64,000 bases of DNA from NCBI RefSeq assembly GCF_020745735.1, contig NC_083437.1, forward strand, positions 9,982,001 through 10,046,000. Reading direction: 5' to 3'. Positions within the stretch are counted from its first letter, which is position 1. Every line of letters begins with the position of its first letter. Below are positions 13,101 to 24,769 of the stretch, piece after piece. The DNA comes from Hemiscyllium ocellatum (Eukaryota). The notes beneath the pieces were generated by a model that made no database searches, had not been told where the DNA came from, and was given only the letters and a program-made list of their open reading frames with translations. The position numbers and the translations under genes are program-made.

Positions 13101-13575
13101 CAGCATCTGCAGTCCTCACTTTTGCTTAGCTCCCATCCCTGATCTTCCTGCAGACATATCTCTGTAATCCCAATTATATCGTATCCATTTACATTAACCT
13201 GTGTGATTAGTTCATCCACTTTATCTCAGATGCTTCGAGCATTTAAATACAAAGCTTTTAAATTTTTTCCATTGGTAAATTTCCCTACTTTTATTTTTAA
13301 TAATTCCTTAGTGCATAAAAATGTTCCGTCCCTCACCTTTATTATCTGGGAACCATCTGCCATACCGCTAACCTGCACTCTTACTTTCTCCTTTAATTTG
13401 AGTTTTCTAATTTCCCCTATAACTCAACCCTCCCACACCCTCATTTAGTTTAAAACCCTGTCAGCAACCCTGGTTATGCAATTCGCTAGGACCCTGTTCC
13501 CAGCGTGATTCAGATGAAGACCATCCCATCGGGACAGGCCCTTTCTTCCCCAGTACTGGTGCCAATGCCCATTGA
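10149..13575 (-). mobile_element. CR1 LINE, decayed ORF2 (APE endonuclease + RT), about 3.4 kb
   Basis: Minus-strand peptides YDIIGITE, KSFYRYVKRKR, WRAANVTPIFK..NYR, LVRPHLEY, YEDRL.RLGLFSLE; (TTCTATG)n-type tail at 10149-10170; many stops and frameshifts. Confidence 0.95.
12898..13127 (+). mobile_element. Palindromic PLE-derived element with two head-to-head hammerhead motifs, inserted in the CR1
   Basis: About 95-bp inverted arms tctagattagagtggtgctgg...cttcatcagg / cctgatgaag...ccagcaccactctaatctaga; TSD ag(t/c)tcccatccct at 12885-12897 and 13128-13140. Confidence 0.92.
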
Positions 13576-14358
13576 ATTATAGGGATCATTGGCTATCACT
13601 CTCTCCTGTTTCTAAGCTGGCTTCTATTATTGAGTGCCTGTCGAAAAACTCACTGATCCTGGTGGAATGAAACCTCTCGATTCAGTCTCGTTGGAGTTTC
13701 AGACTTGAATCTAATTTTACCCAAGCCGATCATTGTAAAGTTGCTCTTAGTTTGCCATCGCAATGATGCGAAGATTGCGATTTCTCTTATTACTAATGTC
13801 TCCCTTTCAGCAGTTTATTACAATGCTAATGCTGAGAATTTCAAGGAGCTTTTACTCAAAGGTAATTGAGTATAATTTTGTGCTGCACAGTCTGATGTCT
13901 GCTTATACTGCATTTCTTTCTCTACAACTGATAGATCTTTGATCCTCCACAGGGGAATTACATATTGCGCTGTATCCAGGTACATGCTTCTTTATTTCCC
14001 AACCTCAAAAAATGTACAAGCACAATTGTTATAAATCTGTCTGTGCTTAGCAGGCAGCAACATGTAATGTCTCATACTGCTGCTTGTGGGACTTGGTCTA
14101 TACTAACCCATTCACTACCAAAGGTTCAGGAGCTGGAACCTTGGTTGCCAGGCAACAAGATGGCCTCAAATCTGATGAGGAAGCCACCACTCCCCCAGCA
14201 CCCACAACCTTCACCCCACAACGTGATCATCTCCAAAACATTTTAAAGTACTCAAGATCAGGCCACTGCCTGAATGGTTTGTTCACAAATTAATTCTTTC
14301 CTTTGCTTGTTCATTTGGCTGGCACTGTTAGTGAAGAGCATTTTATTCAAATGGAATG

Positions 14359-14518
14359 CAGAGGAACCTCGATTATCCGGCATTTGATTATCCAAATTTC
14401 GGATGATCCAGACAAGATTGCGAGATCCTGATGCTTGGCTAAAGTGTGTCATCCGGCATTTGATTATCCGAGCAAAATACTTTCCGCCCATGTTGTTCGG
14501 AGAATCGAGGTTCCTCTG
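14359..14518. mobile_element. pogo/Tigger-like MITE (Tc1-mariner superfamily)
   Basis: 21-bp TIR cagaggaacctcgattatccg / cggagaatcgaggttcctctg (1 mismatch); TA on the right and TG on the left; internal repeat atccggcatttgattatcc. Confidence 0.8.
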
Positions 14519-15084
14519 TATCTGGAGTCAGCAGTTCTGACCTTTCTTTTCCTGATCTCCCCTGTTAGAGTCCAAACCCTTGGGACTTGGATCTGTGTTG
14601 GTTTCAGTGAGATCCTGCTGTGCGTGTGGCCACAAGGGGTGATTCTTGTGTTACAGAGGTGATGATAACTTGAAATGTACTTGAATGATAAGCAGTCCAC
14701 ACTGGCTCTAAAATCTTCCTGCATTAAATTTAGAGTGAGGAACTGCAGTCTGCGTAGTCAGGTTCACAATAAGCATCATTAAATCAAAACCAGAAACATT
14801 TTTAATACAATTGTTTATTTTGGAGCAAGATATGGGTGGCAGAATTATCCACGTCACTGGTGGAGACATGATGAAGGGCCAATCATATTGAGGTTGGTCA
14901 CTTTCTCACTCCCAGGAAGCCCTGTTGCTTGCCTTTTGTAATCTGAGGGTTCTCAAAGGGTTAATGTCTGGAAGTTTGGCAGTAATGCCACTCACTGTAA
15001 TGATGGTAGGAATCACACAGGAGAGATACCTCGTGTGGACTTAAACAATGTCAGGCGTGCTGCTGGGATATGGCGAACGAGCAG

Positions 15085-17052
15085 GGCTCCTCTGTTCCGA
15101 CTGCTTTTCTATTCATTCCTCTTTCCTTGCTTCAGTTTTTTTTTTAGGTTTTCAAATGGTTTTGGTTTTTGCCTTTCCTTCTGGAGAGAGCTCCATCATG
15201 GAGACAGTGGCGATGGAAGAGGCTGTGGGTTTGGAGTGGGTCCTTGGTGAGTTTCAGCCGGTGCACCTCTGCCGTGGATTCTTCGAGGTGCGCAGCGGGG
15301 AGGTGGCTTGGAACTTTGGTGTTGGTGTTCTCTGGGAGCGGGATTCTGTCGATCTACGACATAGCATTGTGGAGGAGACCAACTCGCATGGGGAGTGATT
15401 GGGATCTCGTGGGGGAGTGCTCAGGATCTCGTGGGGGAGTGATCGGGATCTCGCGGGGAAGTGCTCGGGATCTAGGGGACAGTGATGGAGATCTCTTGGA
15501 GGAGTGATGGAGATCTCATGGGGGAGAGTGATGGAGATCTCCTGGGGGAGTGATGGAGATCTTATGGGGGAGAGTGAGGGAGATCTCTTGGGGGAGTGAT
15601 GGAGATCTCATGGGGGAGTGATGGAGATCACGTGTGGGAGAGAGATGGAGATCCCGTGGGGGAGAGTGATGGAGATGTTGTGGGGGAGTGATGGAGATGT
15701 TGTGGGGGAGAGTGATAGAAATCTCTTGGGGGAGTAATGGAGATCTCATGGGGGAGAGTGATGGAGATCTCATGGGGGAGTGATGGAGATCTCGTGGGGG
15801 AGTGATGGAGATCTCATGGGGGAGAGTGATGGAGATCTTGTGGGGGAGAGTGATGGAGATCTCATGGGGGAGTGATGGAGATCTCATGGGGGAGTGAGGG
15901 AGATCTCATGGGGGAGAGTGATGGAGATCTTGTGGGGGAGAGTGATGGAGATCTCATGGGGGAGTGATGGAGATCTCATGGGGGAGTGAGGGAGATCTCG
16001 TGGGGGAGTGAGGGAGATCTCGTGGGGGAGAGTGAGGGAGATCTCATGGGGACTGATGGAGATCTCGTGGGGGAGTAATGGAGATCTCATGGGGGAGCGT
16101 GCTGGTGATCTCGTGTGGGAGTTATGGAGATCTCGTGGGGGAGAGTGATGTAGATCTCGTAGGGGAGTGATGTAGATCTCGTGCGGGAGTGATGTAGATC
16201 TCGTGGGGGAGAGTGATGGAGATCTCGTGGGGGAGTGATGGAGATCTCGTGGGGGAGTGATGGAGATCTTGTGGGGGGGTGATGGAGATCTCGTGGGGGA
16301 GAGTGATGGAGATCTCGTGTGGGAGAATGATGGAGATCTCGTGGGGGAGTGATGGAGATCTCGTGGGGGAGTGAGGGAGATCTCGTGTGGGAGAGTGAGG
16401 GAGATCTCGTGTGGGAGAGTGATGGAGATCTCATGTGGGAGAGGATGGAGATCTTGTGGGGAAGTAATGGCGATCTTGTGGGGGAGAGTGATGGAGATCT
16501 CGTGGGGGAGAGTGAGGGAGATCTCATGGGGACTGATGGAGATCTCGTGGGGGAGTAATGGAGATCTCATGGGGGAGCGTGCTGGTGATCTCGTGTGGGA
16601 GTTATGGAGATCTCGTGGGGGAGAGTGATGGAGATCTCGTGGGGGAGTGATGGAGATCTCGTGGGGGAGTGATGGAGATCTCGTGGGGGAGAGTGATGGA
16701 GATCTCGTGGGGGATTGATGGAGATCTCATGGGGAGTGATGGAGATCTCGTGGGGGAGAGTGATGGAGATCTCGTGGGGGCGTGATGGAGATCTTGTGGA
16801 GGAGTGCCATCCCTCATGTGAAAAGCCCAAAGAAGGACTGTAACTCTTTTGTTATTATTTCAACTTTATACTAAGAAGGCCTGTACTATTTAACTTATTT
16901 CTTTATGTTTCTACTTATACCTGAGATTTTGTATCTAGGTGCATTGTACCTAATATGGCATCGGGAGTGGTGACTTTGTAAACTTGTCACTGTCCTCCAG
17001 CTTCCCCGTTCTTGGGTACATCTGACTATAAACCTCATTGTAATTCTAATTC
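15085..17052 (+). mobile_element. Non-autonomous element with a Rex1/Babar-like 3' tail, containing an expanded minisatellite
   Basis: 3' part (gaaggactg...tgtacctaa...aacttgtcactgt...gtacatctgactataaa) aligns by eye with the reverse complement of 50370-50620 and with the LINE tail at 43662-43755. Confidence 0.6.
15388..16805. repeat. G-rich minisatellite, about 21-24 bp unit GTGATGGAGATCTCRTGGGGGA(GA)
   Basis: About 60 tandem units directly visible; explains the repetitive HEISIT/RSPS ORFs. Confidence 0.98.
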
Positions 17053-17357
17053 AATAAGCTATTTCAGGCAACATGACAGGGGACTTTGTAATCTTCAAGG
17101 GTTAGATTGTGAGATTGAATAGTCTCCATCTGAACCCTTGCAGCGTCTTTAACCTCCAGGCTCCACCTCCAGGGCTGTGCAGTTCCCAGATTCACAGCTT
17201 GATTTACAAATGTGGTTAGATTGATCATCCCCAGTCTTTAGCCTGTCATCCACCCCTAGTCAGTCAAACCTTGAGTTTAAGTTGGGCTCCCTTTCTCTCC
17301 CTTCCACCCTCCTCTTTTTCTCCCCCCGCCCTCCCCACAATTCCTATGTCAATCTTT

Positions 17358-17580
17358 CATAAGACCATTAGATATAGGAGCAGAATTAGGCTGTTCAGCC
17401 CATCCAGTCTGTCCCACCATTCAATCATGGCTGAGATATTTCTCAACCCCAATCTCCTGCCTCCTCCCATAACTCTTGATCCCCTTACCAATCAGGAACC
17501 TTTCTATTTCTGACATGTCTTCTACGGCAATGGGTTCTTCAGATTCACCACTCTCTGGCTGAAGAGATTCCTCTTCCTTT
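17358..17580 (-). mobile_element. CR1 3' UTR fragment
   Basis: cataagaccattagatataggagcagaattagg...ttcaccactctctggctgaagagattcctc. Confidence 0.75.
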
Positions 17581-18440
17581 GTCACCCTCGTCCCTTCCTT
17601 TGGAGTCAGTTAAACCTGGCTCTGCCACCCGGCCGCACAAGGGATTTTACCGGGACTCACCTACTTTGCACGTATTTCTCTTGCAATTTGGAATTCAACT
17701 GATTCATTATTAATTGAACATTAGGATTTATCAAGATGTTTTAAGCTAACTGCCATGTCCGCAACTGAAACCATAATGCTATCTCAGGTCACTTTTCTTC
17801 TTGTGAAATTAATGTAGAGTTCTCTAGACAAAACATCATCTCTCACTGGCAGTAATGAGCAAACTACACACCAAATGCAATGATTATCTGCCACTTTGTG
17901 ACTTTTGAGCTGAATATAGTTTAAAATGTGGAATGACACCAAAGGATGTGCAGTGGGAATTTATATGGGAGTGAAATCTGCAGTTTAGTTATTATAATAA
18001 CCAGAAGAAAAATAAGGAATACATATATGTCTCATCTCTCAGTTGGTTAGATTAAAAGCAAGGGGTAAAAGTCCAATGTAATTAATTAAAAATCAAGTTT
18101 CTCAAAAATGCTGATGTTTGAAATGTTGCAATGCTTGTGATGGAGACCAATGCTTTACAATGTGCTTTTGGTTTCAATTACATATATATGATGGAGTAGT
18201 CCTTTGTTAAGAGCATGATATTCTACAAGTTCAACACGCTTCCCTCCACATGTTACTCACTTGAGCCTCTGCCTCAGTTGGAGGGCTAGTGCTAACCATC
18301 ATTGTGCCACTATCATTACAGTCAATAACAAAGGGACAGTTCATGGTGCATTAAATGCGCAGATACTTTTGGGCAAATCAGTAAGAAAGGCTTGCATTTA
18401 TATAGCAGCTTTTAGAATCACACGACGAACCAAGTCACAT

Positions 18441-18655
18441 TAGATTAGATTAGATTACTTACAGTGTGGAAACAGGCTCTTCGGCCCAACAAGTCCACAC
18501 CGTCCCGCCGAAGCGCAACCCACCCAGACCCATTCCCCTACATTTATCCCTGCACCTAACACTACGGGCAATTTAGCACGGCCAATTCACCTGACCTGCA
18601 CATTTTTGGACTGTGGGAGGAAACCCACGCAGACACGGGGAGAATGTGCAAACTT
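18441..18655 (-). mobile_element. HE1-type SINE, 5'-truncated
   Basis: (tagat)n tail, acagtgtggaaacagg; flanking repeat tcacattaga. Confidence 0.9.
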
Positions 18656-18899
18656 CACATTAGAACCAATAAATACTTTTTGAAAGATGGACATTGTGAA
18701 AATGTAGTGAATGTTGCATCCAATTTGTAAAAAATGACAAATAACAGTGCTTTTGTGACCTGGTCAGTTGATTTGAGTGACGTTAGTGGAGAATAAAGCT
18801 TGACCAGAACAATGAGCGGAGAGGAGTATTGGAGAGGAGTACCCTGATTCAAACAGTTAGCAGCATTTAGAGGAGAAGATGAAGTGGACTCTGAGATAT

Positions 18900-19093
18900 G
18901 ATTTGGAGATGCCGGTGTTGGACTGGGGTGTACAAAGTTAAAAATCACACAACACCAGGTTATAGTCCACCAGGTTTAATTAGAAGCACTAGCTTTCAGA
19001 GCACTGCACGGCCACCTGATGAAGGAGCAGCGCTCTGAAAGCTAGTGCTTCCAATTAAACCTGTTGGACTTTAACCTGGTGTTGTGTGATTTT
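18900..19093. mobile_element. Palindromic PLE-derived element, family B
   Basis: Arms aaaatcacacaacaccaggtta...cactagctttcagagc / gctctgaaagctagtg...taacctggtgttgtgtgatttt; homologous to 29571-29662. Confidence 0.85.
19013..19047 (+). ncRNA. Minimal hammerhead ribozyme motif (family B)
   Basis: cac-CTGATGA-a-ggagc agc gctct-GAAA-gcta-gtg; stem I cac/gtg; AGCU palindrome. Confidence 0.75.
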
Positions 19094-19449
19094 GATAGGC
19101 AGTCAACAACACTGAGAGGAGCATGTGAAAGTAGGAACGTGGGACTGTAGTTTGGAAGAATCAATAGTTTGAAGAAAAAGACTGACATTACAGAGAATTG
19201 TAGTTTGATTATCCAGTGAGATGGGAGCGTGTGGAAACAGATGAAATTAGAAAAAAATGTAAGTTTATAAATATTTTATTTTGAAAGATAAATGTCCATC
19301 CTTTTACATGTTGTATTAGACTCTAAATAAATTTTTTAAAACAAATGAATTATTTATGATAATCAATGAATTCAAGCACATTAAGTGGCAGATGATAAGA
19401 GTTGGAGACTGAGGTGCAGATACTGTGATTTGTCAGGAAGTAGGAAGTG

Positions 19450-19890
19450 ATGTAAACACTTTATCCATGAGGCACTCACACAATGTAGGAGAGGGTCTTC
19501 GGATTTGATCAGTGATCAGGAACAGGAGGGTGTGAATCCATATAAAGCAGGTAAAGGGGACCTAAGGCAAGTGTGCAGTAGTTTCACCCTTTAAAGTTTT
19601 GTTCAACACATTTGAAGTGTTTTCTTTTTTTTGGATGAGAGCAGGAGCTGTGGGTGAATGAACTAACTGGCCAGGGTATGATTCGTAGAGGAAGCTATTA
19701 ACTAACAATATAGTGGTAGTAACAGGAGATTGTAGGGTCAGGGGGAGAAATATAGTTCTCTGTGGTCACAACTGTGAATCCAGATGCTTGTGTTGCCTGT
19801 CCATTGCCAGGGTTCAAGACTTCTTAGGCTTGGGGAACAACCTGCAGATTATTGAGTTGCTGTGGTCCGCTTGGGCATCAATGATATACA
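19450..19890 (+). mobile_element. Old CR1 ORF1 (SGNH-like) fragment
   Basis: VVTGD..VRG...CCL..ARVQD resembles the CR1 ORF1 at 62750-62870. Confidence 0.6.
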
Positions 19891-19892
19891 AT

Positions 19893-20092
19893 CATAGAGT
19901 CATATAGCATGGAAACAGGCCCTTTGGTCCAACTCGTCCATGCTGACCATCATCCCAAACTAAACTAGTCCCACCTGCCTGTAATTGCCTCATGTCCCTC
20001 CAAACCTTTCCTATTCATGCACTTATCCAAATGTCATTTAAACACTGTAACTGTACCTGCATCCACCACTTCCTTTGGAAGTTCATTCCACA
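19893..20092 (-). mobile_element. CR1 3' UTR fragment
   Basis: catagagtcatatagcatggaaacagg...ccaccacttcctttggaagttcattcc. Confidence 0.85.
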
Positions 20093-21372
20093 CATAATGT
20101 GATCAAGGATAGTCAGCATGGTTTTGTGAAGGGCAGGTCGTGCCTCACAAACCTTATTGAGTTCTTTGAGAAGGTGACCAAGGAAGTGGATGAGGGTAGA
20201 GCAGTAGATGTGGTGTATATGGATTTTAGCAAGGCGTTCGATAAGGTACCCCATGGTAGGCTACTGCAAAAATTACAGAGGTATGGCATTGAGGGTGCAT
20301 TAGAGGTTTGGATTAGGAATTGGCTGGCTGGAAGGAGACAGAGAGTAGTAGTTGATGGTATAGGTTCATCTTGGGAGTGCAGTTACTAGCGGTGTTCCAC
20401 AAGGATCTGTTTTGGGACCATTGCTGTTTGTCATTTTTATAAATGACCTGGAGGAGGGGCTTGAAGGCTGGGTGAGCAAGTTTGCGGATGATACGAAAGT
20501 CGGTGGAGTTGTGGACAGCGAAGAAGGATGTGGCAGGCTACAGCGGGATATAGATAAGTTGCAGAGCTGGGCAGAAAGGTGGCAAATGGAGTTCAATGTA
20601 GCTAAGTGTGAAGTCATTCACTTTGGTAGGAGTAACAAGAAGATGGATTACTGGGCTAATGGTAGGCTACTTGGTAGTGTGGATGAGCAGAGGGATCTTG
20701 GTGTCCATGTACACAGATCTCTGAAAGTTGCCACCCAGGTAAATAGTGCTGTGAAGAAGGCATATGGCGTACTGGGCTTTATTGGTAGAGGAATTGAGTT
20801 CCGGAGTCCTGAGGTCATGTTGCAATTGTATAAGATTCTGGTGCGGCCTCATCTGGAGTATTGTGTGCAGTTTTGGTCGCCATACTATAGGAAGGATGTG
20901 GAGGCACTGGAACGGGTGCAGAGGAGGTTTACCAGGATGTTGCCTGGCATGGTAGGAAGATCGTATGAGGAAAGGCTGAGGCACTTGGGGCTGTTCTCAT
21001 TGGAGAAAAGAAGGTTTAGGGGAGATTTGATAGAGGTGTACAAGATGATTAGGGGTTTAGATAGGGTTGACAGTGAGAACCCTTTTCCGCTAATGGAGTC
21101 AACTGTTACTAGGGGACACAGCTTTAAATTAAGGGGAGGTTGGTATAGGACAGATGTTAGGGGTAGATTCTTTACTCAGCGGGTTGTGAGTTCATGGAAT
21201 GCCCTGCCAGTATCAGTGGTGGACTCTCCCTCTTTATGGTCATTCAAGAGGGCATTGGATAAGCACATGGAGGTTATTGGGCTAGTGTAGGTTAGGTAGG
21301 CTTCGGTCAGTGCAACATCGAGGGCCAAAGGGCCTGTACTGCGCTGTATTTTTCTGTGTTCTATGTTCTATG
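20093..21372 (+). mobile_element. Young 5'-truncated CR1 LINE (RT domain)
   Basis: SQHGFVKGRSCLTNL, YMDFSKAFDKVPH, GVPQGSVLGP, KFADDTK, LVRPHLEY; single frameshift near 20374; ttctatgttctatg tail. Confidence 0.97.
20412..21290 (+). pseudogene. CR1 ORF2 reverse transcriptase C-terminal open frame (292 aa)
   Basis: Uninterrupted frame with the FADD catalytic motif, ending at the natural stop. Confidence 0.9.
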
Positions 21373-21375
21373 AAT

Positions 21376-21800
21376 CAGAACTAGAGGGCATAGGTTTAGG
21401 GGAGAGGGGAAAGATATAAAAGAGACCTAAGGGGCAACTTTTTCACACAGAGGGTGCTACGTGTTCGGAATGAGCTGCTAGAGGAAGTGGTGGAGGCTGG
21501 TACAATTGCAACATTTAAGAGGCATTTGGATGGGTATATGAAGAAGGGCTTATGCCCGAAATGTTGATTCTCCTGTTCCTCGGATGCTGCCTGTCCTGCT
21601 GTGTTTTTCCAGCCCCACATTTTTCAACTCTGGTCTCCAGCATCTGCAGTCCTCCCTTTCTCCTGGGTACAAGAATCAGAAGGGTTTGGAGGGATATGGG
21701 CCGGGTGCTGGCAGACGGGACTAGATTGGGTTGGGATATCTGGTCAGCATGGACTGGTTGGACCGAAGGGTCTGTTTCCATGCTGTACATCCCTATGACT
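21376..21800 (+). mobile_element. CR1 3' fragment containing a family A PLE pLTR insert (about 21543-21664)
   Basis: actagagggcataggtttagg...ctatgactct; insert gaagggcttatgcccgaaatg...cagcatctgcagtcc flanked by tgggta(tat/caa)gaa. Confidence 0.85.
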
Positions 21801-23116
21801 CTACGATTCTATGAACTGTGCTGGGATCAGTGTGCTCGTAGATTGCATAACTAGGGCAGTGCAGAGGGCTTTAAATAGTGTGGGGAAAAGGATCAAGAGA
21901 AGGGAGATTTTGCAAAACAAAGAGAAACAACAAATGTAATCAAGGAAGGCAGCAATTTCGGTAGTTTTTACCAGAGTATGACAGAAAGGGATAACACATA
22001 CAAACATCAGAATGCTCTAGCAAAAAATGCAAAAATGGTTAAAAAAAGACAATTCAGAGACTTGTCCAAATGCAACTGTGTTTGGAATGAAAAGGCATGA
22101 TTTGTTCACATAGTCAGAGATAACTGGGTGTGACCTGATAGGCATAACAGAGCCAAGGCTGGGACTTGAACGTTGATGGGTCATTAGACATACTAAAATG
22201 CAGAAAGCTAGGAAAAGTTGTTGGGTCACTGTGTAATTAAGAATGGCATTAATTCAGTACTGAAAGATTAACGTAACTTGAAAAATCAAGGTGTGGAATT
22301 AGTTTGGGTAGAGATAAGAAAAAACAAAGAAAAGAGGTCACTCCCTCTGTGGGAGTTGTTTATGGGTCCACTAACAATAGATACACTGTAGGACAGAGCA
22401 TACAGAAAAAAAGTAAATGGGACATACAAAACAATAGGAACATGTACACACATTATGCCTGTTTCAACTCAACAGAATAGGTGATAGCCATTTACTAGCT
22501 CATTTGTCTAGGTAATGCCTTGACCAATCAGTGAGTTAAGAATTAAAACCTGGAAGTTACCTGTCAATCATCATTAACTGGTGCATATCACATGTTTTTA
22601 CTTCTACAAACTTGAGCTAACTTACCAATCAATGAACATGTTGATTTTGACTTTGGGTTGGCATTCTTGTGAACAATCCTGAGGAGCACAAGACAAAAGT
22701 TTCTGTAAGACCTATCTTACTGCAGCAATACTTCAGATCAGTACTATGAAATAACTATAATTTATTTAGTGTTTTTAAATGAAATAATATCCAGGATAAG
22801 TAGAAGGGAACTGGTAGATATTGTATATTTGAATTTCATAAAGACATTTAATAAGGCAACAATTTAACGTGCCTGCATTAGGTGAGAGCACAACGTAGAG
22901 GGAGTAACATATTAACACGCATAAATAATTAGTTAGCTAATGCAAAGCGGTAAGTGGAGAGAAATAGATCTTTCTCAGGTTGGTAAACTGGACTAGAGTG
23001 GTGGAGGGATCCGTGCTGGGTCCTCAGTTAGATACAATCTTGATCAACGATCTGGATGAAGGAACTGGAAGTATGGTCGCTAAATTTTCTGATGACACCA
23101 AGACATTTGGGAAGTA

Positions 23117-23340
23117 TAAAACAAAAACAGAAATTGCTGGTGAAACTCAGCAGGTCTGGCAGCATCTGTGGGAAGAAATCAGAGTTAATATTTCGAGTCT
23201 GGTGACTCTTTTGATGAAGATGCAATGGGAATATGAAATGTTACCTCTGCTCTCTTCCCACAGATGCTGCCAGACCTGCTGGGTTTCCCTAGCAATTTCT
23301 GTTTTTGTTTTAGATCTCCAGCATCCGCAGTTCTATGCTT
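23117..23340. mobile_element. Palindromic PLE-derived element, family D
   Basis: aaaacaaaaacagaaattgctgg...cagcaggtctggcagcatctgtgggaaga mirrored by tcttcccacagatgctgccagacctgctg...agcaatttctgtttttgtttt. Confidence 0.85.
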
Positions 23341-23371
23341 TAATCTGCAGGTATATTTCAATAGGTGGGAG

Positions 23372-23712
23372 ATGTGTTTAGTTTCCACATTCTCCCCGGG
23401 TCTACATGGGTTTCCTCTGGATGCTCCAGTTTCCTCCCACAATCCAAAGATGTGCAGGTTAGGTGAATTGGCCATGGGAAATTGTCCATTATGTTCTGGG
23501 ATGTGTAGATTAGGTATGTTAGTCAGGGGTAAATGTAGAGTAATAGCATAAGGGAATGGGTTTAGGTGGGTTACTCTTCGGAGTACTGTTAGCCATGGGA
23601 ATACAGGGTTACAGGGTTACAAATAGGGTGGGGGGCGGGGGTAGGATGCTCTTTGGAGGATCAGTGTGGACCTGATGAGCCAAATAGCCTGTCTCCATAC
23701 TGTAGGGGTTCT
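23372..23712 (+). mobile_element. HE1-type SINE, 5'-truncated, with duplicated 3' part
   Basis: cacattctcccc...tttcctcccacaatccaaagatgtgcaggttaggtgaattggccatg. Confidence 0.8.
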
Positions 23713-24769
23713 ATATCTATATATCTAGACGTGCTATGTAGGGACCTAAATAGGTTTAGTGAGTGGGGCAAAATAGGCAGGGGTAGGATATTGTTGGTAA
23801 ATATGAACAAATTCACTTTGGCTGGAAGAATAGAAAAGCAGAATACTATTTATGTGGAAAGAAATTTCAGAATTATTTGTCCTGGTGTACAGATCATTGT
23901 AAAATTAGTATGCAGGGAAAGCAAATGATTAGAAGGATAAATAGGAAGTTGTCATATATTGCAAGGGGAATTGAATATATAAGTAAGGATATTTTACTCC
24001 ACTTGCTGAGACCACATGAAGTGCTGTGTACAGTTATGGTCTTGGTATTTGGAAAAAAATATAAATGCTTGCAACGTAGTTCAGAAAAGCTTCATTCAAG
24101 CAATTCCAGAGATGAAGGGATTGTCTAATGAAGGAAGGTTGAACAGGTTGGCTGTATATCCCCTAAGATTTAGAAGATGAAAAGTGGTCTCACTGAAATA
24201 TATAAGAGCTTGAGAGGATCGAGTAGGATGGATAACAGGTGAATGTTTCCACTGGTGGATGAGACAAACATTAGGAAAGATGGTTTATGAATAAGGAGAA
24301 GTTTTTCTCTCCAATGGTTATTAGCCAGTGAAATTCTCTCCCCCAGAAGGTACAGGAATCTGTGATGTTAAATTTATTCAGAGTTAAGTTCCATATTTTG
24401 ATAGATGCATGACTAGGTTATGGAGATGCAGGCAGGAAAGTGGAGTGGACACGAAAACCATGATATTGAATGGGACAGCAGGCTTGAAGGGTTCAATGGC
24501 CTGTCCTGCTCCTAATCCAGATTCAGTGATGTGGGATTGAAAGGCAGAATTTTTCATTTTCGTGTGGGGTCACGGTTTGTTGGGAGAATCCATTGGTAGG
24601 GCCAATACCAGATGGAGAACCATATGGTAGATGTGGTGGAGTGATGGATGGATTCATTAAGGTGATCAGTCTCTGAAATTATCTGTAAGGGCTCTGTCTA
24701 ATTGGGAGCAGTGGCTGGAGGCCAGAGTTGGGGGTCAATACAGTGCAGTGCAGGGAAATAGCTGCCAGT

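Larger units (their letters stand above)
21810..24520 (+). mobile_element. Old fragmented CR1 (ORF1 end, endonuclease, RT, 3' UTR) with nested inserts
   Basis: GSVLGP, INDLDEG..VAKFSDDTK, IARGIEY; 3' UTR gaagggttcaatggcctgtcctgctccta. Confidence 0.8.

Noticed and set aside
15516-16830. Long ORFs (HEISIT/RSPS repeats, up to 228 aa) and a CRISPR-like appearance
   Set aside because: Translation of a tandem minisatellite; no unique spacers and a eukaryotic context
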